DNA of 64,000 bases from Octopus vulgaris. Taxonomy: Eukaryota. Positions 1-13,157 of the stretch are shown here, piece by piece. The notes beneath the pieces are model-generated. The model worked only from the letters and a program-made list of their open reading frames with translations. It made no database searches and was not told where the DNA came from. The DNA lies in the NCBI GenBank assembly GCA_951406725.2, contig OX597814.1:167772001-167836000 (forward strand), given 5' to 3'. The position numbers and the translations under genes were made by a program. Every line of letters starts with the position of its first letter. The first letter of the stretch is position 1.

Positions 1-2617
1 CAAATGCACATTAAGTTCTTGTACTGTTTGTAGCTACCAAATACCATTCACAAAGCACTAATCAACCCAAGGCTAGAGTAAAAGACACTGGAGCAATGTG
101 CCCTACGGTTCAATCAAACTCAAAATCACCAGGACTGTTGTTTCTGAAGCAAATTTCTTAATCACACAGTTCCACATATGTTGGATTATATCTTTTCTAC
201 TGTCTATAATGAAAACTTATATTTTTGCATTAGGAATTACATAAGTAGGTAAACAAGTACTGAGTTTGTATATTTAGAGAAATTCATACTTCAGTTTCAG
301 AGATTAACATGTTTTTTTCCTTTGTTAATTGTGCAGGTCTTTCACTATTTCAATAAATTTGTTATTATTAAGATTATTACCATAATTGTTATTGTTACTA
401 TCTGAATTAGAGAAGAGCCTGATAAAATATCTTGCATAAGTTGAAATTCCACCGTAATCAATTTAATTACCTAATCCCTTTCACACATTATGTAGACTTG
501 TTTCTATGTTGAGATATTTTTATCTCTAGTAGATTATTTTTATCTTAAGTGATTGGTAAAATCTTTGTCCCTGAGAGATTCAAGCTTTGTTCACAGCATT
601 ATAACCTCACCCTTCTCTCTCTCATTTTCTCAGTTTCCATATTTTTAGAATTTCTGTATGTGTTTACACACACACACACACACATATGTAACAAAATGAG
701 GTATGAGGAGTGGCCTATGGCATGTAAAAACAGAGACATACAGATATATCAAATACCATTGAACATAAATTCATGATTTATTAAAATTATCTTCACCTCT
801 AGAGTATGTATCACAATTACCAAATGGCATCTGTGACCAGCTCCATTTAAGAAAGGGAGATAATCTCAAGAATCAAGGATTCTCCAAAGCTGACTTGCTA
901 TTAAGAAAGATGATAGGCTTATTGTCTGAGGATAAGAGGACAGTCATGGACATGTGTTTCTACCTCAGCAGCATCATAAAGCATGACAATAGTCATAGAC
1001 ATATATGAAAGGAGTACAATGCATTCATGGCCTAAGTAATTTGCATTAACTGAAGAAAAATTAGTTAAGGGAAATAACTCAGAGTGGCTAATGGCATGTA
1101 CATACAGAACAAAAACAAATATAATTATATCAAATATACACCATGAATTCTTGATTTATTAAAATTATCTCTGCCTCTAGAGGGTGTACGTATATATAAA
1201 ATGTACTCTAAATTGCCAAACCTTCAGAAATTCAAACATTTTTAAAAATTCATTTTTCCATTTCTCAAATAGTATACAAAAAGAAATCAGCATGGTCAAT
1301 TTGATATATTGGTTTCACCACAGAATCAGCACTATTTGTTCTATATTGAAAATGTGTATGTGGGGAGTGTGTGGGTGGGGGGAATAGCTGTGAGCTAAAT
1401 GACAAGTTTTAGCAAGCACCTATCTTAGCTTGTAATTATCTAGCTACTACAATTGATCTAATCTTAATTTTTTTTTTACTTTATTTATAATATTTTGTTT
1501 TCCTTTTGGAACAGATCTAGACAAGATGGTAACATACATATAAAAACAAAAAGGATATGTGTTAAATAGAACAAATTTAAAAAAAAAAAGAAAGAAACAT
1601 GTAGTTTATGCCATCTTATTTCCTACAGGATTATCTTCTCAAATCGACTTGTTTGCAGGTTTTGCTTGAAAATAGAATGAAATAAATTGTTTTTATTAGA
1701 TCTGCTTTAAAGCTATTAATATTTTACTTTTTTATTATATTTATATAAATATAACTCTTATTCAAAATTAAATTGTAAAAGAATGTAAATCAGTTAAAAC
1801 TAAAGACGAGGTTGATACTAACTTGTTGGAAGAGACTTAACTAGCTAAACCCAAGTATTTTTTAAGCATATCAAGATTTAAAATAATGTAATTTTCCAAA
1901 GTAAAAGAAAAAAAATAACATGATAAATGTTATAAAAGGTATCGCAGTGGATGGGAAAATCTATTGAGATTGAACAAATATCCTTTTTTCTCTCTCTCTC
2001 TCTTTCTCCTCCACTCCTTGTGTCCATGTTATTATTTTGCAGAAGTTAACTTTGCCTTTCAGCCTTCTGCTGTTTATAATAAGCACAGTTGAAGACAATT
2101 TAATTGGCTGTTCCCAATCCCCAAATATTTGGCCTTGTACCAAAATTAAAAATCAATATTTATAATAAATAGATCATGGGGCAAAAACAGTGAAGTGTCA
2201 GATTCAATGATTTTTTTTTGTTTTGTTTTGTTTTGTTTGTTTGTCTATTTTGTTTTCTTGGTTTGGATCTTGTTGAGCTCAACTTTATCACTCATCTTGT
2301 TCTAGAATCAATAAAATATATACCAGTAATATCATTGGAATGAATTAGTCTCTTTTCAAATATTGGCTATATTGTATTTAAGTATAAAATAGAATTTATT
2401 CTAAAATGCTTTTTTTTTTGTTTTTTTGTTTTTTTATGACTGAATTTTGAATACAAATTATATTTTCAAATATAAATGTCTATAATGGAAATCCAATAAA
2501 AAACAATTTATTTATTTCCAAATCTGCAAACAGGTTGATTCGAAGAAATAATCCTATCTAAAATAGGATAGCATAAATTATATTCTTCTTTATATATATA
2601 TATATATATATAGTCTT

Positions 2618-2708
<91 letters not shown>

Positions 2709-3506
2709 CTATGTTCTCTGGAAGAGCTATTTCAAAAGGAATACAAATATATATAGATTAGATCAATCATACCAAGACTATAATTACACACTAAGATAGA
2801 TGCTTACTTGTCATCTAGCTCAGTGTTGTTTTTCTTTTTTCTTTCTTCATTTCTTTTTTCTCCCTCCCCCTCCCAGCATTTTCAATATAGACCAAATATT
2901 GAATCTATTGCAAAACCAATAAATCAAAATGACCATCCATGGTTGTTGGGTAAGGAGCCTTAGTCTCATGCTATAGCTCCGAGCTGACCAAAGCCTTTTG
3001 AGTGGATATGGTGGATGGAAATTGAAAGAAGTCTGCCATGTATATATGTGTGTGTGTGAGTTTGTCCTTCACCACCACTTGACAACCAGGGTTGGTGTGT
3101 TTAAATCCCCATAACTTTGTGGTTTGGCAAAAGTGACCAATAGAATAAGTACCTGACTTTTAAAGAAACTGCAAGTACTGAGGTTGATTCAGTCAACTAA
3201 AAATTTGTCAAGGCTGTGCCCCAGTATAGCCACAGTCTTATGACTGAAACAAATTAAAGATAAAAGATATTTGAGAAAATGAGTGTGAGCTAAAAGAAGA
3301 AATAAAAAAAAACAAGAAAAATATTGTTAGAATTTTTGAAGGTTTAGTAATTTAGTATACAATATATCTATGAGTTCTAAATATATGCAAAGTGACCAAG
3401 GAGGAAGAGAGAAGTTGTAATGATGTGAATAGAGCTTGAGCCTATCTGTTGAAGCTAAAAAAAAATAATTTTTCTGAACATAATAACAAATCCACACATT
3501 TTTAGT

Positions 3507-4004
3507 TAAATCCTCGAGTATAATCCGCATTTGTTTCCCAAAATTTAAAGGTCAAAATCCCTATACAAGGTTTAAAATGAAAATTATTTTCTAAGCAATG
3601 TCCGAGTCTCTATTTGCTGTCCAGAAATGTTTATTCAGACGCATTTTGTGATGTCGGGCGCGAAAATACCTTAAGCTATGCCTGAAAGCAATGTAGTCAT
3701 AAAAGAATCATCCATAACTTGCAGTAAGCAGCAACATTTATTAAATGTTATTACTGTTATTTCTTTATTTTCTGCAAACAAAATGCACAAAAAAGCTACA
3801 CGTTTGCATTATGTTATATATACAATAATAATAAAGGACGTTACCGTATACATTTTTACAAACCAAGGATGTTATAGACCTCCTTGACTCGAGTTAGAGA
3901 AGGGGTGTGTATTATACACAAGGTTTAGGTTTTTCAGAGGTACAGCCCCCTAAAAATCCCCTGCATATTATACTCAAGGGTGGACTATACTCGAGGATTT
4001 ACGG
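3507..4004. mobile_element. Tc2/pogo-type MITE, copy 1 (left TIR clipped)
   Basis: TAAATCCTCGAGTATAATCC ... GGACTATACTCGAGGATTTACGG followed by TA. Near-identical to the copy at 61461-61959. Confidence 0.85.
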
Positions 4005-4639
4005 TAATTAAATTAACCACAGTGAAACACTAATTTATGCAGGGTATTTCATCTGGCACTAATGCCAATTCTGATAGCAACAATAACAACAAAAACAACA
4101 ATTATAATAATCTTACTAATAATAAATTTATTGTAAGACCTGATTGGCTTGCACACATTAAAAAAAATATTTTAATCTCTAAGACAGAAGAAGGATGATA
4201 ATCCCTAAAATTTAAACTCCTTTTTCAAACTTCAAAACACAGAATCTATTTACCTGTAGTATGCTGTAGCTAAGCTTTCATGTAAATCTTACTGCAAAAA
4301 TTTAAATATATAAAAAAAATCAGCATATGCATAGCTATGTAATTTAAAAGTTTTTTTCACAACTATGGTGGCTTCAAGTTTGATCTCACTGTGAGCTCAT
4401 TGCTATCTTTTATACTAACCTGTAGTTGAATGGAATTTGGTTGCCAGAAACTGTACTAGACCTTATTGTATGTGTGTGTGTGTGCATGCATTCATATGTG
4501 TTTATATTTACTGACCCATACTACTATTGTGTAGCTTTTATATCAAAGCATATCTTAATTGTACATTGTTAATCAAGTCTTGGCAAATTGTCTATATGCT
4601 TTATATTGCTTCGTTTAGAATAATTTGTGTGATGCTTAA

Positions 4640-4900
4640 GAGTCCATGCAAAACAAGTAGAAATGTCTGAATTGATCTCATGTTGGTCTAGAGTTAACCA
4701 CAGACACCAAAATGAAATAGAGACACAAGTTAGAATCCCCTTTCTGTGACTGTGGAACAGTCCAAATCATGAGTCAGCTGCTGGTTTGCAATTATTGAAT
4801 AACCTTTGTTATTTGGTTGATTTGAAATATAATACAAGGAACATTCAAGATTGTATAGAAAAAGTGGCAAAATTTGATAATAGCACAACAATAAGAATTA
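4640..4900 (+). mobile_element. Highly decayed LINE 3' fragment (C-terminal zinc finger)
   Basis: Reads ESPFCDCGTVQIMSQLLVC, similar to the SPxCxCG..QT..H...C motif at LINE ORF2 ends. Confidence 0.45.
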
Positions 4901-5854
4901 TCTCAATTGTTACTTTAAATTTCTATCTCAATATCCTTCTATGATAAATAAAATAAATATTAGTTGGCCTGGCTGTATGGTTAAAAAGCTTGGTTCCCAA
5001 CCATGTGATCTTGGGCTTATCCCACTGCATAGCACCTTGGGTCTTCTGTTCTGGTCTTCTGTTCTAACTGTGGGCCAACCAAAGTTTTGTGAGTGGATTT
5101 GATAGATGGAGCCTGAAAGAAATCTCTGTGTGTGTGTATGTATGTATGTGCATGTCCTTGTCTAAACATCATGTGATGGTTGTAAATGAGCATCATCATG
5201 ATACAAGCAAAGTTGTTTGTCTCTGGTCGTCTATGAAAAGCATGTCTAGCTATGGTAAATTATTACCTTATTTGAAAACAAGTGAGGATTTGTGGCAGGA
5301 AGGGCATCCAACTATGAACAATCTATCTCAACAAATTCTGTCTGACCCATGCAGGCATGAAAAAGTGGACTCTAAATGACGATGGTGTGATGAATTTATT
5401 GTAGTCAATACACTACTAGTATTTAGGAGTTAGTCAACATATGCATGTTTTCTTTTTTAAATGATTTAATGACTTAGTCAGAAGCAGTGAGTCTCTATTC
5501 ATGACTTTTGCAGGCTCTCCAAGATTGCTGAGATTGTTGTGATTTTTATGGTCAGTTTGAACATCAGCAACATGAAAAGTGGGGTGGAGTAAAGGATACC
5601 TGGGGATTAATGTTTTAAGAAAGGGGAGATTGAACAAAGTGGTTGGCACAGCAGGGCCGATAAGAGGAGAGATGGGAGTTGTTATGCAACTAGCTAGATA
5701 GAGAAATAGAAGTGATTGTTATAATGATAAAATAGGCAGCATATCTTCAGTGTGTCAGCAAGTTAGTCCTTGTAAATCAGTAGAATGGTCATTTTATGGA
5801 TCCAGGTTAGAGCATTTGTAGCCATGATGATTGAATGATTAACATTCCTACCTA

Positions 5855-6086
5855 TTTCTTTACTACCCACAAAGGGCTAAACACAGAGAGGACAAACAAA
5901 GACAGACAAATGGATTAAGCCGATTATATCGACCCCAGTGCGTAACTGGTACTTAATTTATCGACCCCGAAAGGATGAAAGGCAAAGTCGACCTTGGCGG
6001 AATTTGAACTCAGAACGTAGCGACAGACGAAAAACTGCTGAGCATTTCGCCCGGTGTGCTAACGTTTCTGCCAGCTCGCCGCCTTG
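5855..6086 (-). mobile_element. tRNA-derived SINE (type A, Tx1-like tail), full length
   Basis: 13-bp TSD ACATTCCTACCTA (5842-5854 and 6087-6099). B-box GAGTTCAAATTCC and central GCCTTTCATCCTTTCGGGGTCGATAAA domain. Confidence 0.9.
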
Positions 6087-6694
6087 ACATTCCTACCTAC
6101 CAACCAGAAAGTCATGAATTTAAAAACCTGCTACTGTCATTGCAAAGCCAATAACTTGTCCTGTAAAGTAAATTTTCAGTTCCAGCTCTTGGTTAAAAGA
6201 TTGAAATGTTGAAAATTATCCAAATGTAAAAACACATTGTTAAGCAATTTTTCTTTTAGAATTATTCAATCCATACAACAAAAAACACTGTATGCTTCAG
6301 AGAAATATAAAACAAATTCTGTTTGTTATAATAGCCAACTTATTTAAAATATTCAATATGCTCTCAATTGTTATGTGTATTGTTTGTAAATTATAATTAA
6401 TGACTTAAAGAAAAATAATTTTATGTGTGTGTATGTGTGTGGTCTGTTACTTTTCAAAGAATAATGGGTTTTTTACAAAATATAAAATTTTATGTAACCC
6501 CATTGTCTTTAGCATTGTTTTATCAATTTAAAATATTCCATTCATTTTGATAAATTTTTTCGCCTGAATCCATTGTAGTTTCTATAGCAACTGAAAGATA
6601 TTTTTTGTTGTGTTTTTGAGATTGATTTTTCTTCTTATTTTTCCTAACACATTTTTAGATTATTAGCTATTTAAAAATTCCTCTCAGCTATTGC

Positions 6695-6743
<49 letters not shown>

Positions 6744-7960
6744 ACGCGCACACACACGCACACATATATATATGTATATATATTTGTCAATAACATTAAT
6801 AATATAGGTATTTCTATTCAATATTTAATGGCACTTCACATTCAGTCTAGTACATTGTAAACTTCATATACTATAGTTCATTTCTAAAATGATGCATTGG
6901 GTCAAAAAGGTCTACATCAAACAGTAGATGAAATAAAAGACAAATATTAATCTGTGTATGTGTTTGTGTGTGTGTGTGTGTGTATGTGTGTGTGTGTGCC
7001 ATAACAGATAGCTAATAAATCAGGATTACCAATAAATCAATAAGACATAAATAGATCTCTTCAGGAAATTTGAAAGATAAATAATTTCGAAATGCTTTAG
7101 ATTCTATTAAAAGAATTACAGATATGATCACTGATAGAATGTAATGACACCAGTTGTGCTGCCTAACTGGTCAGCAGATGAATTTGAAATTCAGATTGAT
7201 TGTAGTATTCTCATTTTGTTGTTTGGCCTTTGAAATTATTGTTGTGGATGCCTATGAATAGAAACTACTAGATAGCCTTAAGTCTTGATCAGATTTAATT
7301 TTGCAAGTCTAACTTAAATGACTTAAATTAATCGGATATGATTTTGTTTTCCTTTCTTTTCTTTTTTTTTTTTTTTTCTGGTTGTTGCTATGAAATTGGC
7401 ACTCGATATATTCTTCAAATTATATATTTCTGAAAAATAGCTTCCTGTTTATTTCAGTCATTCAAAGCAGTTTTTAAACTTGGAAATTCTTCCTGTTTTT
7501 TAAAATTATTGTTCTGCAGAGATAGACTTTGTCTTTTATCCTTTCGGGATTGATAAAATGCCAGTTAAGCACTGGAGTCAAGGTAATCATCTTGCCTCAT
7601 CGTACAAAACTTCAGACCTTGTGATTACATTAGAAGGAATTATTATTATTATTATTTTGAATATTGTGCCAATCCCCCAATATTTCAGGCCTTGTGCCTA
7701 TTGTAGAAAAGATCATCATCATTATTATTATTATTATTATTATCATCTAAGGCAGCAAGCTGGCAGAATTGTTAGCACGCTGAGAAAAATACTTAGCAGC
7801 ATTTCATCTATCTTTACGTTTTGAGTTCAAATTCTGCCAAAGTGGACTTTGTCTTTTATCCTTTCGGAGTCCATAAAATAAGTACCAATAGAACACTGGA
7901 GTCAATTTAATCAACTTACCCCTGCCCCAAAATTGCTGGCCTTGTTCCAAGATGTTAAAC

Positions 7961-9687
7961 TGAGCACGCGCTCGGTTCAAAAGGAGAATGCAAGCGAGGA
8001 CGTCGCGTTCGACGTCACTCTTGATTTTCCCCCTCTGCCTTCACCCAATGCTTTGGTACGGAAGGAGGAGGAAAAAAAAACAAATGCAAAAATCAACACA
8101 AACATTGACACGGAGATAAAAGAAAAAACTTCCGTCAATTTTGCTTCTGCTGCGAAGCAAATTTCGGAGGAAGTTAAAATAACTCTAGAAGATGTGAAAA
8201 GAGCGAAGGAGTTGTTGAGGAAGGATGGCAATGGCATCTTCCTCAATACTCCACAAGAGGTGATTGAAAGCACCAACAAAAAAACAATCATTTACAAAGT
8301 TTTCGACAGAAAACTAAAAAGAATAACAAATGCCACACCCCAACAGTTGGAGATAGCTCTAAAGCCCATTTGGGCCCAAAAGAGCTACGTAACCAAGGGG
8401 AAGCGTTTTGGAACCGTGGAGGTTCGCTTCCCAACAGAGGAGCTTGCAAGGGCGAACGCCATTTCGCCCTTGCAAACTGAGAATTTGTTACTAGTTCCGA
8501 CCCACCTCGGGCGAAGAGTAACAAAAATAAAAATCGACCTCGCACCCCCTGAGCTAGATATGTCATGGCTGGTGGCAGCTGTCCTCTATGATATAGAGGA
8601 CACTACCACCATTCTAGATGTCAGGAGAGTGAGGGCGAAAAACTGGTTGGGGATGGGAGTGCTGCTTCTTGCGCAAATTCAGCAAGAGAATATAAGTAAA
8701 GTCCCTGATTTCGTAAGTTTGCCGGACGGCACCAGGCTAAACGTTGCTGTGGAGGGGCGAAAGCCAAAATGTTTCCTCTGCAGCAGCGAAAGCCACTTAA
8801 AGAGGGACTGTCCCATTCACAAAAAGAGGATGGAGGCTTTCAGCAAGAGGCAGCAGCAGCAACAACAACAACAACAACAACACAAGCAACAACAACAGAA
8901 ACAACAAAAACAGAAAGAAACACCAAAGGCTGCCACACCACCAACACCATCACCAACACCAGCACCAAGACGAACAACACCACCTCCAACAACAACAACC
9001 ACCACCAAACCAACACCGACAACCACCACCAAACCAACACCGACACCAGTACCTCGAAGGTCGACAGCAGCGACATCAACAGTAACAGGAGCAGCGGCAC
9101 CACCGATACCGGTGGAACCAGAAACTTTTCGTCCTGCTACTGAAGCAGACCCCTCAACCATTCCTTTGCCGGATGAAGAGTCGGATTGTGCGAGCTCTGA
9201 TTCCAACAAAGGAGAATGGAGTATAGTGCCTCCAAAGAAGAAAAGGAGGAAGAAACAAAAAGATTTACAGGGGAAGCACGAACAAATAGTGCTTCCCAAC
9301 ATCAACAACAACAACAACAACAACACACACTCACAACAACAAACAACAACAACATTTTCGACACCACTACTGCCACTGCCACACACACAAACACACACAG
9401 ACACAATTACATCAATAAACACAAAGAACCAAAAACTAGTGGAGTATTTAAAAAACAAAACTAGTACAAATATAACCGATTTCATCATACCAACACAAAA
9501 CACACCACCAGCACACATTCTCACAATAAAAATAAATGCAAAAACATATGATGAAATCAAACAAATATTCCCTAACGATGTGGGATCGCTAGGGAAAAGT
9601 TTCTCGAAGAAACTTTATAAAAACATTGTGGAAGCACCCGTGCAAAAGCACAAGGGAGCCACCCCCACCACCAACAACAGTAAGTAG
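7961..9687 (+). CDS. LINE ORF1 (gag-like nucleic-acid-binding protein)
   Basis: Long open frame with a CCHC knuckle (CFLCSSESHLKRDC), polyQ and Pro/Thr tracts, and a basic PPKKKRRKK motif. There is no early in-frame ATG; the frame is open up to the 5' junction. Confidence 0.85.
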
Positions 9688-9723
9688 AGCCTTTTTTCTC
9701 CTTTTTTTCCCCTACTTTGAGAC

Positions 9724-12700
9724 ATGGCAAATCTTAGAATCGGTTGCTTGAATGTGAGAGGCCTCGGGTCACCTTGGAAACAGGGTCACCTGTTAAACGA
9801 CCTGAGGTTTCATGATGTGGATGTAGCAGCCATCAGTGAAACCAGGCTCTCCGACCCGCAGGAACTCGCAGCCCTTTTCGGCGGATACGAGATATTTCTA
9901 TCTCCGTGTCGGCCGGGAGCGGGCGGTGGTGGTACTGCGGTGTTGTTTCGGAAGGGCCTGGACCTGAAAATAAGGACAGTCTTCTTGGATCCGGAAGGTA
10001 AGTTGGTGGTCCTCGACGTCGACGGTGGTGACGGCGGTGCTTTTAGACTGCTGGCTGCCTACGCTCCGACAGGAGCAGGGCAGTCGGATTATTTCAAACG
10101 TCTGGAAGTTTTCCTGGGAACGTCACGCACTCTAGTGCTAGTTGGGGATTGGAACGCTGTCTTAGACGAACGTTTCGATCGGGTGGGCAGGGGAGCGTCT
10201 GATAGGAGAGGGGAGGGTGCAAGAGCCTCGCCAACCTACTCGGCCGCTTTCAGCTGTCCGACAGGTTTCGACTAGACAACCCGAATGTGCCAATGTGGAC
10301 TTGGACAAACCGCATCGGGTCGTCTAGATCGTACTTAGATAGAGTGTTTTGTAGGCCAGCGGATAAGGACAGCGTAGGGTGTCCACAATTCCACCTAGTC
10401 GAATATACGGACCACAAATTAGTGATCTGTACGGTCGACTTAGATAGGCTACATAGACAGGGACCCGGCTACTGGAAGCTGAACGCGTCGTTAACGGCGT
10501 GCAAAGCTTACAGAGACCGGATTAGTTTACTAGTTAAGCGGGCGCTCACGGGGGCAATCATCAACAACAACTGGTGGTTTGCCCTCAAGAGAGCAATTAG
10601 AGTAGAGTCGATTAGGTATAGTAAGACTCTAGCTATTGAACGTAGGAAGAGAGAGCGGGATTTAGTTAAGAAACTAGACGAGGCTCTTGACACTGGCATC
10701 GCGACCGACGTGTTGGCGGCAAGGTTGGCCCTCGACCAACACTTCGACGCCAAACACGAAGGCTGCGTTGTCAGAGCTAAGGCACGTTCGCTAAGCGGGG
10801 AGGGGACTAGAGCCGCTCGATGGGCCCGCGTGGCGGAGGCGAAGCGAGGCAACAGAGCAACCATTCGGTCTTTGGTGGACCAGAACGGGCGCGAGGTTAC
10901 CCAACCGAAGCAGATGTGTACGGTGCTTCAGCGGCACTTTGCTCAACTGTTTGGGACGAGCGGTGGAACGGACACCAACGGTACAGACTTCGGTGTGTAC
11001 CTGGACGGACTGCCGCAACTCTCGGACAGCGAGGCAGAGTGCTGCGAAGGACCGATATCTGCCTGGGAAGTACAGGAAGCGATGAAGGGTTGCACGAGAG
11101 GTAGATCGCCGGGTTTGGATGGTCTGCCCTACGAGCTTTACTTTTCAATGCCAGACTTGTTTGCGGACCTGTTGGCAAACGTCTACTGCAACTGGCAGCA
11201 AAACGGGAGAATTCCTGCTTTTGTCTGTCGAGGGGTGGTGGCTTTGCTAAAGAAGGACCCAAACAAGGGGGACGTTATAGGGAATTTCCGGCCCATCACT
11301 CTGCTCAATGCAGAGTTGAAGATTTTGGCCAAGGTGCTAGCCAAGAGATTGGCGCTTGTCGCGGACAAGCTGGTCGGCAAGACGCAGACATGCGCCGTGC
11401 CGACCAGGTCGATACACGACAACCTCCATCTCATGCGCTACATCATAGAGAGGGTGGGTAACGACGCTGGCGCGGGTGGGGCTTTGATCAACTTGGATCA
11501 GAGTAAAGCCTTCGATAGGGTCGACCATCGGTACCTGGCAGCTGTCCTCAGGGCAGCCGGCTTCGGTCCAGTCTTCCGCGGGTGGATCGCTGCTTTATAC
11601 AGCAACATCTGCTCGGTGATACGGGTGAACGGTCACCTTTCGGAACCGTTCGATATCTCGCGTTCGGTCCGCCAAGGATGCCCTCTCTCCTCCCTCTTGT
11701 ACATCTTGACTCTCGAGCCATTACTGCGCAAGTTGGAGGCTTTGAGGGGTATCCCGCGCGATCTAGGAGGCGGAAACAGCGTGTCTGCCTATGCCGACGA
11801 CGTCACCGTGGTGGTGTCGAGCCACAGGCACATTGGCCTGATTGGCGAGACGCTAAACCAGTACGAAGCGGTGACAGGAGCAAAGATTAACGCGGAAAAG
11901 TCTGTGGGCTTGCAACTGGGCACCTGGAGAGGCAAGCCCATGCCGTCCAACAGCGTCGTAGGGCGCTGGACAGACGGACCCGTTAAACTGCTCGGGGTCT
12001 GGTTCGGTCCGGACCTCCAGGTGGATAAGAACTGGGAAGAGGTGACGAGCAGGGTGGCACGTCTCACCCAGAAATGGGCCGAGAGGAAGCTGTCCCTGAA
12101 AGGTCGAGCGGAGGTGGCGAATGCGTACATCGCATCCGTCATCTATTACCGCTTGACCGTCGTCCCTTGTCCCGACCGCTGGTTGGCCAAGCTGGTACGT
12201 CTGCTCTTCGACTTTTTGTGGAAGGGTCAGGTGCCACTGGTCAGGCGATCCATCTGCTGTCAACGACCGCTGAACGGAGGCCTTGGAATGCCGTGGTTGC
12301 TGTTGCGCAGACATGCGCTCAGGCTGCGGCATCTCAAGCGCTTCCTAGACGGTGAACAGGTGTGGTCGTCTTTTGTCAGACGCGATTTTCCGCAGCTCGT
12401 CTCTTTGACGGAGCTGCAGACCTGGATCAAACGTAGACCGAGAAAGGGCGCTTGGCACCTCGAGTGCCGTCAAGCCCTCTCCGCCCTCCGCCAGGCGGGC
12501 AATGCGGTCGGTTACAGCTCCACTCTAGCGTTCTATAGAGGGTTAGTGGAGGAAAAATGCGACGACGTTCTCGGGGAAACTCTAGGCGTTGAAGACGACG
12601 AACTGAGCGGTCTGTTCGGGAGGACTTTCGGGCCGGGGCCGATGGATAATTTCCAGAGGTCTCTCGCCTGGCAGTGCTACCGAGGGGCTCTGCCTGTTCG

Positions 12701-13157
12701 AGATAAACTCTACCGGCACGGAAGTGCCGTCAGCCGGGCCTGCCCGAGGTGTTGCCAGGACGACGAAACCGTTCTGCACGCACTCGTCCAGTGCCCGAGT
12801 ATTGCTGAAATATGGGTTTATGTCGAACAGCTACTGTCACGTGTAGGACGGATCCGACTATCGGCCGAATCCATAGTGAAGATTGCCCCGCCGACCTCCT
12901 TTAACAAGGAGGGCGAGGCCGTTTTCTTGTGCCTAGTGGCTGTGGCGAAAGAGGTGGTGTGGTGGACTCGTTTGAAAGGGCTAAAGACAGACACTTTCCT
13001 CTTTGGTCAAGGCCTCATCAACTTTTTCAAGTTTCACTTGAAAAGGAAGATGAGGTTAGAGAGGAAAGTGCTGTCCGATAGCAAGTTTTATGAAAGGTGG
13101 GTGAATTGTGCGAGACTGGCCTGTATAAATGGACCAGTTCTCAGGTTTCGCCTGTGA
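9724..13157 (+). CDS. LINE ORF2: APE endonuclease + reverse transcriptase + C-terminal CCHC, one frameshift near 10206-10220
   Basis: APE motifs LNVRG, SET, YAP, GDWN, then in the shifted frame SYLDRVF and TDH. RT motifs PGLDG, FRPITLLN, DQSKAFD, RQGCPLS, YADD. C-terminal CPRC-x8-H-x4-C. Confidence 0.92.

Noticed and set aside
3678-3887. Duplicated small ORF MPESN... (also 61634-61852) as a micro-gene
   Set aside because: Both lie inside copies of the same TIR-bounded MITE, so the similarity reflects the repeat rather than coding constraint.
10200-10225. Programmed ribosomal frameshift in ORF2
   Set aside because: There is no canonical slippery heptamer and the break falls inside the endonuclease domain. 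A 1-bp deletion or assembly error is simpler.
8817-12779. Antisense and alternative-frame ORFs over the LINE
   Set aside because: Expected by-products of GC-rich or low-complexity coding sequence, with no recognisable motifs.
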